Positions 11,901 through 26,900 are shown, numbered from the stretch's first letter. The stretch is DNA of 64,000 bases from Phoronis australis (GCA_002633005.1 NMRA01000492.1:1-64000), one strand, 5' to 3'. Notes: a model not told the origin generated them from the letters alone. Translations and numbers: made by a program.

Positions 11901-14900
11901 CCGTTTCTCCTCCAGATACAACCGGATATAGTTGTCTGAAATGTCACGCACCAACTGGTTCAAGAAGTGCTGATTGTTATCCGCTTCACAAACCTGCCTG
12001 CAAAACGCACATTGGTTATTTACTTAATGTGGGGCGGTCTCCAAAGATGATGCCAAACATTTTTGATTATTTCCTCAGTTTGGAACCACGCGAACGACAA
12101 TTATTGAACAATAAACAAAACCAGTATCCCACTGTCAGTTGTAACTCGAGTTTGGGTATAACTATGCTACTGAAATGGGAAAGTTAGACGTTAATGAAAG
12201 CTTCAAGACACACTGTACATGTATGCTCGCGCAGAATGGTGGAAATCGATTCTCATACAAGAACTGTGCTGGTAAAGGATAACTTCATTGGATGCCACTG
12301 GAGAGACGCAGATGTCTTTTAGGACTTGGTCACAGCATTCTCAGCTATATCTACGTTGTCTGATTACAGTTCTGCGTCATGCAGCTGTAGGTTCATGCTG
12401 GATGATCGAAGTCTTCCCATTTTGGAACTTTTTAGTTGATGGAGAGCGAACTTGTGACATTAACTCAAGTTCATTTACTGTCTGAGTACTGAACACCTTA
12501 CTAAGGGTTGTTTCACGTTTCAAGACCACCAAGGTATCACACACGTAGGGTCCAAAGTCCACCTTTTCCTTGTTTGGATGACATTGATCGCTGATCTTAT
12601 GAAAACGACCAGTCACATGAACGTAAGCGCCTGTGCTTACATGGAACCTGAACTGAATTGCATCATCCACGAAGTGTTTTCTTCCTACGAGACCACTTGT
12701 TAAATTCAAAACGTCCTATGTTTGCGATATCCGTCGATATAGAAAAATGCTTGATGTGCTGGACTGGTGATGCAGCTGGACCTCGTTGGCTATTACTGTA
12801 CAGCCCAAGCAGCATCACTCAGAAGAAAACATTCAGTTATTGATTTCTGCTTGCACTAACTGGTTTGAAGTTCAACAGAATGTGCGTCAGGGCGATCAGC
12901 TGTCTGAAATATATCCTTTTTCGTTTTCCATGAATCGTCTAGTTTGGGAATTGAACGAATAAGAAAAGGTGTAAACATCGGCTTTCTAAACAAAGCATTT
13001 TCTTCTGTGTGTGGACGGCTGTGTTATAACCGATCCTGCATGTTTTAAATAAACGATAATTGATGTAAAAAATCAGAGTAAGTGTTACATTTGAAAAAAG
13101 CGAAAAGAAGCAGTTTTGAAGCTCTTTCGCATTATCTATTGGTAGTTCTGTCCTTGACTATGTCCCCTCGTATAAATATTTTGCATAGCTCAGACCAAAT
13201 TTTTGGTTTAAAATTGTCAGTCTAACGTTCTGAAGAACTCTGTGAGACTTTGGTTTTTTAAAACCAAAGTCTCACAGAGTATTAAAATACATTCACGGTA
13301 CGCTTTGAATGTCCAGTGTTCTTACTTCTGGAGTATTGTTCAGGTGTTTGGGATACTCCCACTCTTCAAAATGTGAAAACGTGCGTACTACGATATTTTA
13401 GGAATCCACAAGTTTGATGGCAATGCAGTTTAGAACAGCGATACCGGTTTGGCAACCGCTGACCATAAGCAGCATAAAAATGTGCTTCGCCCACGGAAAT
13501 GTCTGCTTTTAATGAATTCAAGAAGAGTTGGTTAACGTGTTTTCCTACGAAAATAAGATTCGATATGGGAAAATTGGTGTACATCAGTGAAAAAGAATTA
13601 ACTCTCGGTCAACATGTTACCATTTTTAGAATCACCAGATTGTGAATTTGCAAGAATTGAACAGGGTGTACTCGGAAACATAGCACCGAACCAGGGTCAT
13701 CGCCAATAACCGGAAACCTAAACTTGTCTTTAAATCAGTGTAGTGAATCCTATGTCTACATGTACATGTTTATGGCTCAGAGCTCAGCGTTGGGATGGCT
13801 GATGGCTAGAGCTGGAGACGGAGAGGATTCGAGGACCTCTTATGTTTGAAAAATGTGTAAACAATGTTAAAGTGGAGAAGCTAAGAAAGAGCGTTATTTT
13901 CATTTCACATTGGAATTTGTTTGTTCCGACAAAAAGTCGATGTTCGGCGAAACTTCCTTATCACCCATATTTTAATGATAAAATTTTGAAAATTCGTGGA
14001 AACTGCATTTGTCAAGACTCAGTGTGCACGTAACGCGCCGTTACAAGTACTGCACTCTAATAGGCGTAGTGTGAATCACTTCTTTCTCGTGCCTAGAAAT
14101 CTTTTGTAATTACGAGCGTAAATTATAATGCAGGAGTGTCGCCGTACAATTACGCTCGTAAATTAAATGGGGAAAGTTTTGCCGTAAAATTACGCTCGTA
14201 ATTACGAGCGTAAGTTAAATTGCAAAAGTGTTGCAGTAAAATTACGCCCGTAAATTAAAAGGGGAAATGCCGCCGTAAATTACGCTCGTAAAATACCTTA
14301 AGAGCGTTCCAAATTTAAACCAATCAGTGATGACCTAACATACATGACTGCTGCTGGGCAGCAACGATTTGATCGGCCATGATTCAGCGCTCGTATCGTA
14401 GACCTGAAATCCGTCATTCCATGAGCGTGCGCGATCGTGGATTGTAAAACCCAACGTCATTGGCTAAGAGTTTAAACTAAATTACGAGCGTAATTTTACG
14501 CCGTAAAGAATTAAATTACGCTCGTAATTTTACGGCGTAAATAACGGCGTAATGTACACAATTACGCTCGTATTTTTCCGGCGACACTTTCCCCCCAGCG
14601 GCCCATCATACCAAAGTACTAAAAACATCATCGAATATCATATCTACAATCTCCGGTCTATTTACACCGACGTCTAACCTTTTTGCATAGGGACGACGTT
14701 TCGATCGGTCGGTTCTTCAGCTTCTGATGTCAAGGCGTTCTTAAAACAGGCGCAGTCATGGGTAGCAGGTGAATTATATTTTTGCTGGGTGATGGTAAAA
14801 GTTGAGCCTGGAACGTCTCGGTTGTCAGTACAGCACCAAGGGCGAAAGAGTATCGAAATCTGAACAGAGTACTTTCCGCAAGTAAATTTCAATCTGACCT

Positions 14901-17900
14901 CAGATAGACTAAACAATCTGAGATCTGACGTACAATAAAACCTACAGTCTGTGTATCATCAACTAAACTTCACGGCAAACGAAAGTAATTAGAGAAATTT
15001 TATTTCCACTACAAAGCAGTATTGTTAGAGAAATAATATTTCGTTAAGTAAGGAAAGTACAATGATGGTACGACACTCAGAAATATCTCTTGAATACGAG
15101 AGTAAGACAGCAAGGCCAGCAACACCATAAGCGAAAACGATGTCGTCATCACTGACAACGCAGTTGACTACCTCCAAAGCCGCTACATCGCCAACAACTT
15201 TGCCAACAACACCAACAGTGCCTCCAGCAACATCGACAATGAACGACGTCAACCAAAAATGCCATCTCCATCAATTGATGACAACGCTTGCGCGCACTTA
15301 GTGACATGAAATCACTTCTAAAACCGACAGAGCCAACAACGGCAAAACCGCTGACGACAAGTACACGTCAAGACGCCCATTACGAAGACAAGCACGACGA
15401 CGCCGCCGACAACAGAGACGACGCTCACTAGAACTGCAACATCAGCATCGAATTTTATGTTTCAGGAAGTCTCGAGTAACTGGAGAACGGTGAGTAGCAG
15501 CGAAAAACTTTCCGTGCACTTTTTGGAACTCTCGACTCCACGTGTTAAACTTCAAAGGCAAGTCTAAACGGACGTCTGAGTTACGGCGCGAGCATTTAAT
15601 CAATAAACGAGCAGTCATCTGAAAATCTTGAATAATCGGAGAACTGTAGGCGGAAATGGATCAGGCAGTACCAGTAGAGCTGGAAGAGATCTGCACACCA
15701 CGTTTCAGATAAACGAGAACGGTTTTATAAGAGTACGCCTACACGAAATACGTAAGTGGTCTAAACCAAAAGTCTGGTTTGTTATCACCTTGGCTAGAAC
15801 CCGTAATGATGTGTTGCTGTGAACCAGAACAAAAACTTACCTTTGCTATAGGCAATGTGTCGTTATGAATTCGGTCTAATTTTTATTAGTCAAAGTAGAT
15901 GTAATTTTTGTCTTCAATCGAGCTGACAGTTCGAATTGGTAGCGGCCAGCCACCTGTATAGTCACTACGCGTCATTTTTCGTTCAGAACTGTGCGCCAAT
16001 CGAATATTTCCAAACCAACAAACCAATTCTCAACTGAGTTAGGATGAAGCTGAGATATGTCATAAAGCTGTACATATACGTGGCCCATGGCACATGGAAT
16101 TCCAGTGTGAGAATCGATATTCACTACTCTGCAAGAGCTGTCACTTGCTTTTACCTGATCAGCATAGGATATTTTTTAGCCACGTTTAGAAAGTCAGTCC
16201 TCGTCAACACAAGCGCCTCCACGTGGGTTTTCGCGCGAACGCTATGGCGGGACACGGTGCCGAAGAGCAGGCTTATGTCTCCAAAGAAGTTTTGCGGTCC
16301 CAGTTTGAACAGAACTTCGGAAGACTTTCCAGCGATCAGAAGCTGCCAAAAGTATGCAGTCGGTTCATTGATTATTGTTATGAGCCACTGGCCCTCTTAA
16401 ATGGATAGCTTAACATTATGCACGCGCATGCAAGAGTAAAGATTTGTCGGATATTATGTTTTATCACCGGAAATGAAAACAAACGGTTTCCGGCGAATAT
16501 GACGTATCCACAGGTTAAACTGGACTTCGCTTTTAGTAGGAATATGACAAAAATTTGCCCCACCTTGGCCGCAGGCAAGGTCTCCTTCTCTACTCATCCC
16601 TACGTCACCAATTTCACCAGTGTATTCCCCGGTGGTCACCAATGTGGCTCCCCGATCTCTACATGTCCTCCACCGTGAATCTCCTGTCCGTGTGTTTTGC
16701 AGTCGATGGAGATTCTGCCCTCCCCTGACCACTTTATAGTCGTATGGACCTATTTTAAATATCCAACTGCCCTCAGAAGGCAAATTACTTTTTGCCAGTT
16801 TGGTAACGGAACTTTCACTAGTTCAGTCTTTACGTGGCAGGGCATTTTTGTATTCGAAACTGCAAACTAACCTCACAATGCCCACGCTTGATGATATAGA
16901 GCTCGTTACCTACGTCACCAGCAGTAACCAGAAAGGTCTTTGGGAGGTATATGAATGTTTGTACTTTCATACACAAGTCTCTGAGAACTTCTTCTCCAAC
17001 GTCACGCAGAAATGGTATCTGCAAATACAGAACAGAAACGTGTTGTAACAAAGATGTAAAGCACTTTGAGACTTGTCACGTGTTCAATTAGCCAAAGTAC
17101 CTTAACACGTACGTACTGACAACCCATGGCACAGGCTCCCCATATGCCTAAATGCATTTGTGCTACTGTTTACTATCAATGAAACTTGATATGCGACTTT
17201 GTGCAAATGCCCATGCTCTATTCTTCAAAGTTACCACTTTGAGTAAAAAAATTTGTCCCTGATACCCTGGGGGACAATCACGTTCGTCCCTAGAAGAAAC
17301 GGAAACAATGTAGCACATCCTCAGTCTCGAACCTACAGTCTCGCCATTTAAGGATTTCCAGATTCAATATTCAACACAATGGAGGGATTGACTGGTTGGT
17401 TAGTAGGATGACTGAAACCATCTGGCTCTCAGTGACAATATTTTCATCACCAACATTTAAAGGAGAATGCCACCCAAAAACAACGTATTTCGTATCAATT
17501 TAGATCGAGTAGTTCTACTCGATAATGGCACGTTCGGTTGCGTTACCTGACACCTGACGGCAGACGGAGGTGTTGAAATTATCCAATGACGTCATTGGTT
17601 TCACACGCAGTCTCCTCAGCAGATCACAACACGGGTTACTGATGTCAGGTTATCGCTTGAATTTATCGTTTAACACCAATAAATCACCAAACTTCGATGC
17701 AAAACCATTAAAATACACAGAGTTCTTATAAAAACGTGTTGTTATGGATTTATTGGTGTTTGGACCCACCGTAGCCTACAAAGTTCGGCAGGCCAATTTA
17801 CCAAGGTCCGTAGCAGGAGTTTGGAGTGTTCGGAGATAAATTCGAAGTATTCTTCCGTGAAATACAGACAAGAGAACCTAGATCTGTGTTGTTTAGACTT

Positions 17901-20900
17901 GTGAATTTTTGAGTTCTAAACACACAAAACGCTTGTTATTCCGGCCAGTGGCTCGGAACCGATCAGGCCCGTCGCGGCCGCCGGGACTGGCACGAACATA
18001 AACAAGCTTGAGTTGGAAACTAAACCTCCAGTCACGAAAAGACTATAATAGTCAGTGCTGTAGTGGTAAAAGTAGAGGTAAGTAGGCGCCGAAAGCCCAC
18101 NCACAACACGGGTTACTGATGTCAGGTTATCGCTTGAATTTATCGTTTAACACCAATAAATCACCAAACTTCGATGCAAAACCATATAAAATGTGTTGTT
18201 ATGGATTTATTGGTGTTTGGACTCACCGTAGCCTACAAAGTTCGGCAGGCCAATTTACCAAGGTCCGTAGCAGGAGTTTGGAGTGTTCGGAGATAAATTC
18301 GAAGTATTCTTCCGTGAAATACAGACAAGAGAACCTAGATCTGTGTTGTTTAGACTTGTGAATTTTTGAGTTCTAAACACACAAAACGCTTGTTATTCCG
18401 GCCAGTGGCTCGGAACCGATCAGGCCCGTCGCGGCCGCCGGGACTGGCACGAACATAAACAAGCTTGAGTTGGAAACTAAACCTCCAGTCACGAAAAGAC
18501 TATAATAGTCAGTGCTGTAGTGGTAAAAGTAGAGGTAAGTAGGCGCCGAAAGCCCACCGCATCACCCTGAGCACTGAACATAACTTACGGTGCGTAGGCG
18601 CTACGTCCAAATGCCAAAAGGTGGTTGGCTGCGCCTGCGTGCGCCTACGCCCCACTAAAACACTGATAATAGTGAGCCAAAGAAATAATGTTCACGCAAT
18701 TATTTACGTGAATTAGTCACGAAACCAAAAATCAACTTACTTGTCAGGGGCCTCGAAGTCGGGTTCCGCGCTTCCACAGACCGTCAGGGCAAAGGTTGTA
18801 GGCTACATTAACAATGATTTGAATAATCTATTTGTATTTCTAAATAAAGATTCCCCTAACATGTGACCGTAGCATATAAAATCTAGTAATTGTTTCACAA
18901 CAGCTTTCTGTCAGCAAACACTGAATTAGCATGCACTCACACGGCCTCGGTGCCGGGTCAGTTACCTTTATTCATTGCCGGCACCAAAAGCCGGTAACGC
19001 AGTGGTTTATTCATTGGTGGCTTCTCAACATTTGCACTCACGAATACTGCAAAGGCATAACAAATTCTATCTAATGAGGCAGATTTTGTTTCAGTTTTAT
19101 ATACATGTAAGCATTGGTTAGGAAGAGAATAATTCATTATGAAACAGAACGCTGAATACATCACAACTCGCCCGGCGCCAATCCCGACTTAGTCAAGAGC
19201 TCATCCGACGAAGACTTCACGGGTTGGATCGTTATAGGTTTACAGGCTATCAGTTCGAACCGGAATACACTGATCAAGAAATACTAGAGAGGCGCTATGA
19301 ATATGCACAAGCAACGGAACGTATGGATAGTTCTTTGGTAAGCCGGAATTCTTCAGAGAAATCACTGTCGACGAAATGCCGGCCACAGACACGGAGATGT
19401 TTCACGGCCTCATACTTGCTATTAACAGCGTACCTTACATTCTTCACTACCGCGAGCCACTTCCTAAGCATTTTGAGCTCTCGAGGAAGTGGAAAAACGA
19501 TACACCAGCTTTCTTCGCAGCTTCATAGTTCGGACAAGCGGGAACGATGCACCGCAATATAGCGGCATTAATTCTGCAGACCAACCGCTGACGTCACTGC
19601 GTCGTTTCTCACCTTCCTCACAGGTTAACGCGACACCTCTCGGCAAGGTGAGGTCTACCGTATAAGAGGCGATACGGATATAGACGGATTAAGACGGTAA
19701 AAAATACTAATTAAATCGGGTGGCATTCTCGTTTAATGCATACATCCATGCTTCACTCATTTTTTCGAGGACTGTGGTGGTCATAAAAATAATCGACTCA
19801 CATTGTTGAGGTATTCCCCGTATTCGCAGTAAACCAGGTCTTTCTGAAGGGTCCTTGGTACGTCTACAAACAATGTTTCTCCTTGATGGCTTTGGTGCCT
19901 GATTTGATAAAGAAACAGAAACAAAAGCACTAATCGCAGACAATGTCACTTTACGCCAATATCAAAACCAGCGACTTCGCGTTCTCCGTATACATTTCAT
20001 TTTCCTTTCTGAGTTCAAAGAAATTTACTGGTGAGCGTAGTGCGAGTTTCTGTGGTTCTTGGATTTGAACAGGAAACGGCTTGAGGCTTGGAGTAACGTG
20101 TAATCACAAGAGGCGAATGGGTTCAGCTAGAAATTAAATCCTCTATTAAGACCAGTTTAAGACGATCAGTATTCATATGTAATTACCTGTGTGTCCTCCA
20201 TAGTAAAGTCAAATACTTGATCGCTGTTTTGACGAGCTCCGAGTCAAGAGAGCGTTCTTGCATGAACTTCTTCACCACGACAACTTTCGATTGGAATTCT
20301 ACCCTGATTAAATAGAACGGTGAAATGTTTTTGGAATATGCATGCAGAGCACGACTTATAGGAAAGGCACATTCTCGTATTCAGTTTAGAAACGCGACGG
20401 AGCAAAACGTGAAGATCTGTCAGACATTCCGCGTACGATCCTGGTAAATTTCAATGTAAGTTTGGGGCATTTTATTTTCCATGGAGCACCATAGGCTCAA
20501 CATGACAAAGCTATTAACCATTGCTAAGCTGCGTTGAGGCTAATTGCTTTTAGCTGAGTTGAAGGCTTCGACGCATCATTCCATACATATGTAATCTCGT
20601 TAAAAACGTGTGAATTACGGTTTTACATGACTTACCTCTGTGAATTCAAGGATTTCGAAAATTACCCTCGATGTCGGCGTTGAAAGTTACCACATCTGTT
20701 CCTAGACACAGTAATAGCGAAACAACAGAAGTCGCCACTTCGAACCTGGTATATCTGTGGTCAGATCAGGAGGGTGCATAATCTAATGTCCAGTTTGTGA
20801 CCATGTCTGGAGCAGCCAAATTGGCCAGAGTAAGGTCTACACCCCCTCCCAAATGTAGAATCATGGCCCATGTTGCACATTAAAAGTTGCGAACTGACAA

Positions 20901-23900
20901 CAAACTCTAAAAGCACCCCATCACTAAGGTTATAGTGTCAGTGACGAGATAATCAATACTGCCTTTGCACTGATTGTTGATCAGTTGCACTTTAGGATGG
21001 AGTGGCTTCGCAGCTGAGCCCCTTGCGTATTAGACCAGTTGGCTCCACACAGCATTGTCACTGCATCTCTATTGCAAAATTCGGGCAGGGTTCTTGAGGT
21101 TATATCCTTGGATACCAATACCGCAGCTCTAGGCTTGATGTTGGTACCCAATGAAGCAGTGAAAGATTCATTCGGCATTCGCAGGAGTGTTCATCATCAC
21201 GCTTTCCGACACCACGGCTCGTGTATTAAGGCCCTGAATATGATATAACACTTGGGTGTCTTTTAAAAACACATGTTAGCCCGATGTATTTTTTCTACCA
21301 GATTTTTGCGTCGTGAGTCACGTTGTCATGCTTAGTTGTGTACCAGTGACCTTCTATCTAGAATCTATCTACACCACTCATACGTCGTGAAGGAGCTAGA
21401 CAAAATCTGTCAAAGGATGACACAGGTCTAGAAACCTCAACAACCACCCTGATCTCAACTGTTCTACTCCATGCGTCCATTTGACTTGTTGGTCATCCCA
21501 CGGTAAACTTTTAATTCCCAAATGGTCCATTTATCATTACCACATTCATTATTAGCTCTGGGGAGCAGGCAAACGCTCAGCAAAGCCGCAACAAAGCAAA
21601 GCGGATTCGTGAAGGCTAGGAACTCATTGAATTCTTTGATGGATACTTTGTTGCTGGCTTGATCACAGCTATAGACACCACATCATTTAACCATTTGTAA
21701 TACGCAGGTCATGGATGAGCAAAAACTAATCTTTGCAGTCTTCGACAACTTCCTTTGAAACGTAAAACACGGGCTTGGACCGTCGGAACCCATCCCGTCG
21801 TATCCCGAGATGTGCGAGTTGGAACCATCATCACTTAGCTCCTTGCTTGATCCAATCAAGGCAGTGGAGTTATTGCAACCAATTACCATGCTGTCCTAGT
21901 CTCAACGTTTTAATACACAATGTAATACGGGGGTCTCTAAGCCTTGACAAATGCCGTCTTCAAACGGCTCTTGAAGCGCTTAACCTCTTTATTTGATTTC
22001 TCACAAAATGAGGATACACTCGATATCTAGGTCAAGTTTCTCTTCTGTTTATATGGGACAGAGCGGCGAATCTCGACCACTGATATTTAACGAAAGAAAC
22101 GGTTTTGAGCATATAGCGATTCTTAACTCTACCATATTGTCACGTACGCTAATTACCGTTTTCAAATGTGAAAGTCGAACAGCCAGCATTATCGTGTTTG
22201 AAGGTTTTATAAAAACACAACATCATATGCAAAACCACGGTATTGGTTCCTGTGTCACCCACCCAGAGATAAAAAGAATCAAATCGGGCCCTAACAGTTC
22301 AACTACAAGATTCTCCTTACTAGGCGCCCCAAAGGAGAAAACTGGGATAGAGAGTTCTCCTACACTAAATTCACTAAATCATTTCCATGGAAGTAGGATT
22401 TTGGCACCTCAGTTAGTTCGAAAATTCCACGGCTACCAAAGACAGAAAGTCCCTTCCCCAACCCGATCCCGTAGAGTTTAGTTCGAGTAAACCCAGTCCA
22501 TGTATTGCCGCGTGCAGGCACTGCACGAGTCGTGTTGCGCGGAAGCTAAAAGCAGACCTCAGCAGAGTTAGATTCTTCCACTAAAAGTCGCTGCATTTGA
22601 GCATGAACTTTAAAGACCCAGAATTGTTTTGAAAATCTTATTTTCCACGCGGACACATTTCTAAACTGTTCCATCAAACAATTCAAACTCATGGCGTGGT
22701 GGTACAGTAAATCCGGAGGCGGTCGTTGCAATTTTATTTGATTGCTTGATAAGCAAGGATATTAGTAGCTTCGTTTTGATAAAATAGTTAACGTTACGAT
22801 TATTATAAGATAATTTCCGTTGTTCAAGTACAATTACAGATCAACTTTCGCTCATATACCATACTTGCTTTTGGTGTTTACTCGAATGATTCACAGGCGC
22901 ATGAACCAAAATTCGGATGTACAGTATACAAACAACGCTCATGATTCTAGGTACCTGCATATGCGGTACCAATGCTTTAGCAACGACCAACTTACTTATT
23001 GTGTAACTCCTTGTTCAATATTAGTTAAAAATTGCCACTGCAACATGTTGACTTTGAAAGATGATCTGCGCCGTGTCACAGCTGTGTACCAACCCCTCTC
23101 ATGGGCGGCGCGTGGTCTGAGGGGATATAGTCCCCACTTTTTTCAGTGCTGCGACGCCCATGGTCTATGGGCGGTGCACCACAGGGGGCTGGGGGGCTAT
23201 AGTCCTCCACTTTTTTAGCGCTGCGCCCCCCATGCCTCTCGTAGAGTTCAGTTCTCGGTTTGAAAACATGTCCATAAATCAAAGGTACGCTAAAGCACTG
23301 ACCTTTGACGTTGAATGCTACCTTCTTTGGTTTAGTTTTTTCACAATTTGGCACAATTTTTGTAACTCACAATTGTAATTTGCATCTTTTAGTTAATTTT
23401 ATACAAATGATGTCAGCAATTCTTTAAACCGGAAGCGTGACAAAGTGCAAACAAATGCGTGTTTGACCCGCTGAATGGCTGCTGTGCTACATTCATTTCC
23501 TGTTTTTAGCATCATTGCTCACTGAGTACGCTAAGTAACGTGGCTGGGACTTAATGTCTACTGGGTCCTTGTCATCGAGTGGAGTTAGCAGAACTGGAAA
23601 GTGATGGTAAACGGCTTCTAGGACTAATAGGAGACTAAACTGTCGAGTAATGAGAGCAATAATATGACTTCCCATATTTGGTGGAGAGAAATTACTGCGT
23701 AGTGTTTTATTAATTTTAAAGCAGAGGAACAAATTCCACTGTCCAGTCCCTTCCAATTTTTGATTAGCTTATGTTCACGAATTTACTTTTGGCTTCATGA
23801 CTCCGGCTGGGATCGTAATGTTCACGCTTTACAGGCCGAAGCCGCATACGTTGTCGTGGGTTCTTCTTCACAAAGGGAAACTTACGGAAAATGATGTCCT

Positions 23901-26900
23901 TGTTCATCCATTGATATTTTAAAAGGTTTGTCCTTTTCCGCAAGGCATTAGTACAACCCAGCACACAGCATTACAATAACCGAAAAGGTTTTAAAACGCT
24001 GTTTATACCAGTAGGTTAAAACCTCCCGTCCGTATTACATGGGATCCGTAGGTGGCGCTGAACGCCTGTCCACCAAAGACCCGATTGGCGGCTGTCGGGA
24101 TATTGAAATTCGATATGGCGCGCCTATTTCAAAAGTCAGCTATTACTGCTTTGGGAACTACTTTTGGTCTCACTATGGCCCAAATGAAAATGTTCAAAAT
24201 ACCGTTTATAACAGTACAAGGCGCCAAATTTGCCATTTCCAGTCATTCTCACTCTGAAAGCACATTAAGGAGTGCATTCGATGGTCAGCGACAAACTAGA
24301 CCTTTTGACCTTACCTCGAAATATCAATAACAGACAGCGACGAAGCCAGTACCGCCTGCAAGTAACCCCATAGGCCAATTCCTATTATCATAGCGGCCAC
24401 CGCCACCAGTCGACCTATGTCGTTATGCGCGCTGACGTCACCATAGCCAGTACTTGACATAGTAGTTGTTGCCCAGTATACCGACGAGGCATACTTGACA
24501 CCCAGGGAAGTGTTTACGTTAAAGTCGAACCTATTCTGGGCAGCCCAGCTGTCGGGTCTGCATCTGAAACCAGTGACTAGCAGTAGTGTTTTGTGATGCA
24601 GGCTGTTAGTATAATTCGTAGCATAGACGTTAATAGAACGTTCGAACTGAGTGGTGGGAAGGTACGCAAAAACAATGTCTTCCAAGTCACCGCCAATTCG
24701 ACAGGTCAGTCACAGTTTTGGCCATCAATGTCATCTCTTAGACTCTGCCACTTCGACACTCAAGACAGTCACCTGTAGTTCAGCTAGGAAAGAATATCAG
24801 GCATTTTGGCTACCAATAATTCAGGGTCTCAGAATATTAATCAACTTTTTATTTTGGTTTGAAAACGAAAAGCACCATGTAAAAAACATGTATTTTAGAT
24901 CAACCTGGATTAGATAATTGCACGTTCATTTCTTTTACCTGACGCTAGACGGCCGACGAAGGTGATAAAATTAGCCTGTGACGTCAACGGGTTCATGACT
25001 GCGTGAAGCATACATACCGTTTGTACCAACAAAACATCAAACTACTATGAAAAACTGTTGTGAGTACAATAAGTTTTCCAACTGAAGAGTTGTCTTACGT
25101 AATAGCTGCTGATGTTCTTGAAATTTGAAAAACTTCAGCGGAGGTTGCCGGCGAGTTTCTCAATTCGACTGCGGAGAATTTAAAGGATTTTTTGTTATAA
25201 AGAAAATCTCCCCGTGTACTGTAGTTGAGATCTAACGAATTGTCCATGAGACACGTAAATCGGTGTCTCAATAGTTTCCCTTCACCCTGGCATACCACTG
25301 ACATATCGGTATCGTCCAGGAACCCGGCCGATTCCAATAATAGTTTGCACCTGTAAAGCTAGGAACGGCTTCTAATTTATTCATGGGTTTCTGCACACAT
25401 TTGCAGTCGTGAATATGCCATAAGTTTCACTCCATGGTTGCCCACAAAGTGGCCAGACGGCTTCCTTATAGGCATCACACTATTGTCAGAAATAGCGACA
25501 CGCACGCACTCATTGCAAGCTCAGTTGACGTCAGCGCTTAATTTTCCCACCACGGTTAACGCGACGCCTCTCCGCCTTGGGGGATTCCAAGCCTGTCAGT
25601 TGTTAGAGCATGCCAGTTTCAGTACATGTTGAAGCGTTTTTCTAGTTTTACGGGTTACAAAAAATTGTTAATTTGCTTTGTACTAGATGTGGTCAATCGT
25701 ATAACGAGCCCACGTTTTGAGGACCTGTTTTATGCCTGTAATTCATTGGAGAAAACTGGTTCTCAAAATGCGAAATTTAACTACCTCGTCAAATCATCGG
25801 TAATAAACTTGGAAACTGATGTAATGACAACAAATTTTAATTATGACTTCATTTCTGTTCATATTTTTCGAAGTCTCAGATTTTCCTGCTGTGGTTCGCT
25901 TAAAGGGAATTGATGACAAACATATTGAAAGCAGTCATCCGTGGTGTTTTATTTCTGAAACTGCTATCGAAATGGACCATTAACAGGTTAGTCTCACTCA
26001 GTCACAGGTTTCTTCTCCAGGATCGCTTCTCATTGAATTGTTTGTGTCACCTCATAACCCACTGTAAGATGTCAGTAGGACAGCGACACTAGCGAATTCC
26101 ATTGCCTACATGAGAATCTGAATCAACTGAGTTCACACAGTCTAAATGAAAGGGTCACGTGGCCGTATTAATTGACAAGTGTGTACATGTTTTCGTACGC
26201 AACTCGTATTCGCAATCCATTTCGTCATCTTGCGCATGAAAACGTTCATTGGCTCAGGAATCGTTCTCTTAATGCGCTCAAGATTAAAATTCAAATGCTC
26301 TAACAGCTTGCAGGTTTGGAACTCCATGCAGCAGGTGAGGTCGACAGAACAATAAGTGATATGGACACAGGATTAATTAAATCTGAAACAAAGGGAAATA
26401 AATCGTATAAAAAAGTCACGCCTTTGCTTTCGTTTTGATTGCCACTTCATGAACTCAAATCACTAATCTTGTCCAGCAATTATCATTTGAAATGATAGTA
26501 TTCTTCAGGACATGCTGTATATTTGTCTTGTGAATTACACATTTGCCCTACAAACTGTTGACGCATTGCTCTGTAAATATCTTCCCTGCTTTAAGAAGAA
26601 GAAAGACGAGGCCTTATCTGCTGCAATACCAACGGTGCATACGAAAATGTGAATTTCTTTGGAATGAGTCATGTTATTGTGACATCTAAGTTGATCATTG
26701 TCTCAAATGCAGACAAACAACAGTAGCCTTAGGCAGAAACCAAAAATTTTGGAAAGAAATGCTCACTTGTCACGAAGACCACAGGCCTGGAAGAACCAGA
26801 CGCAGCCGACAGTGTGTGTACACAAGGCCACGTAAATTAGAAACTTGAATATCCTTACGGTTCGGATGTTGTATTCAATCGAGCTTTCCTTCTTACTAAA

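Noticed and set aside
12377-12910. 110-aa minus-strand ORF within the intron after CNBD B
   Set aside because: No recognisable motif and no phase-compatible internal splice sites identified.
14100-14610. Possible CRISPR array
   Set aside because: Eukaryotic intron, spacers similar to each other, repeats in both orientations, no cas genes.
16044-16783. Several 60-118 aa ORFs, including one with TGEYTGEIGD resembling a CNBD strand
   Set aside because: The exons at 16872 and 16342 already join in frame into a complete CNBD, so these are antisense or intronic noise.
21993-23218. 162-aa and 132-aa plus-strand ORFs
   Set aside because: They overlap dispersed repeats and MITEs and have no protein-like motifs.
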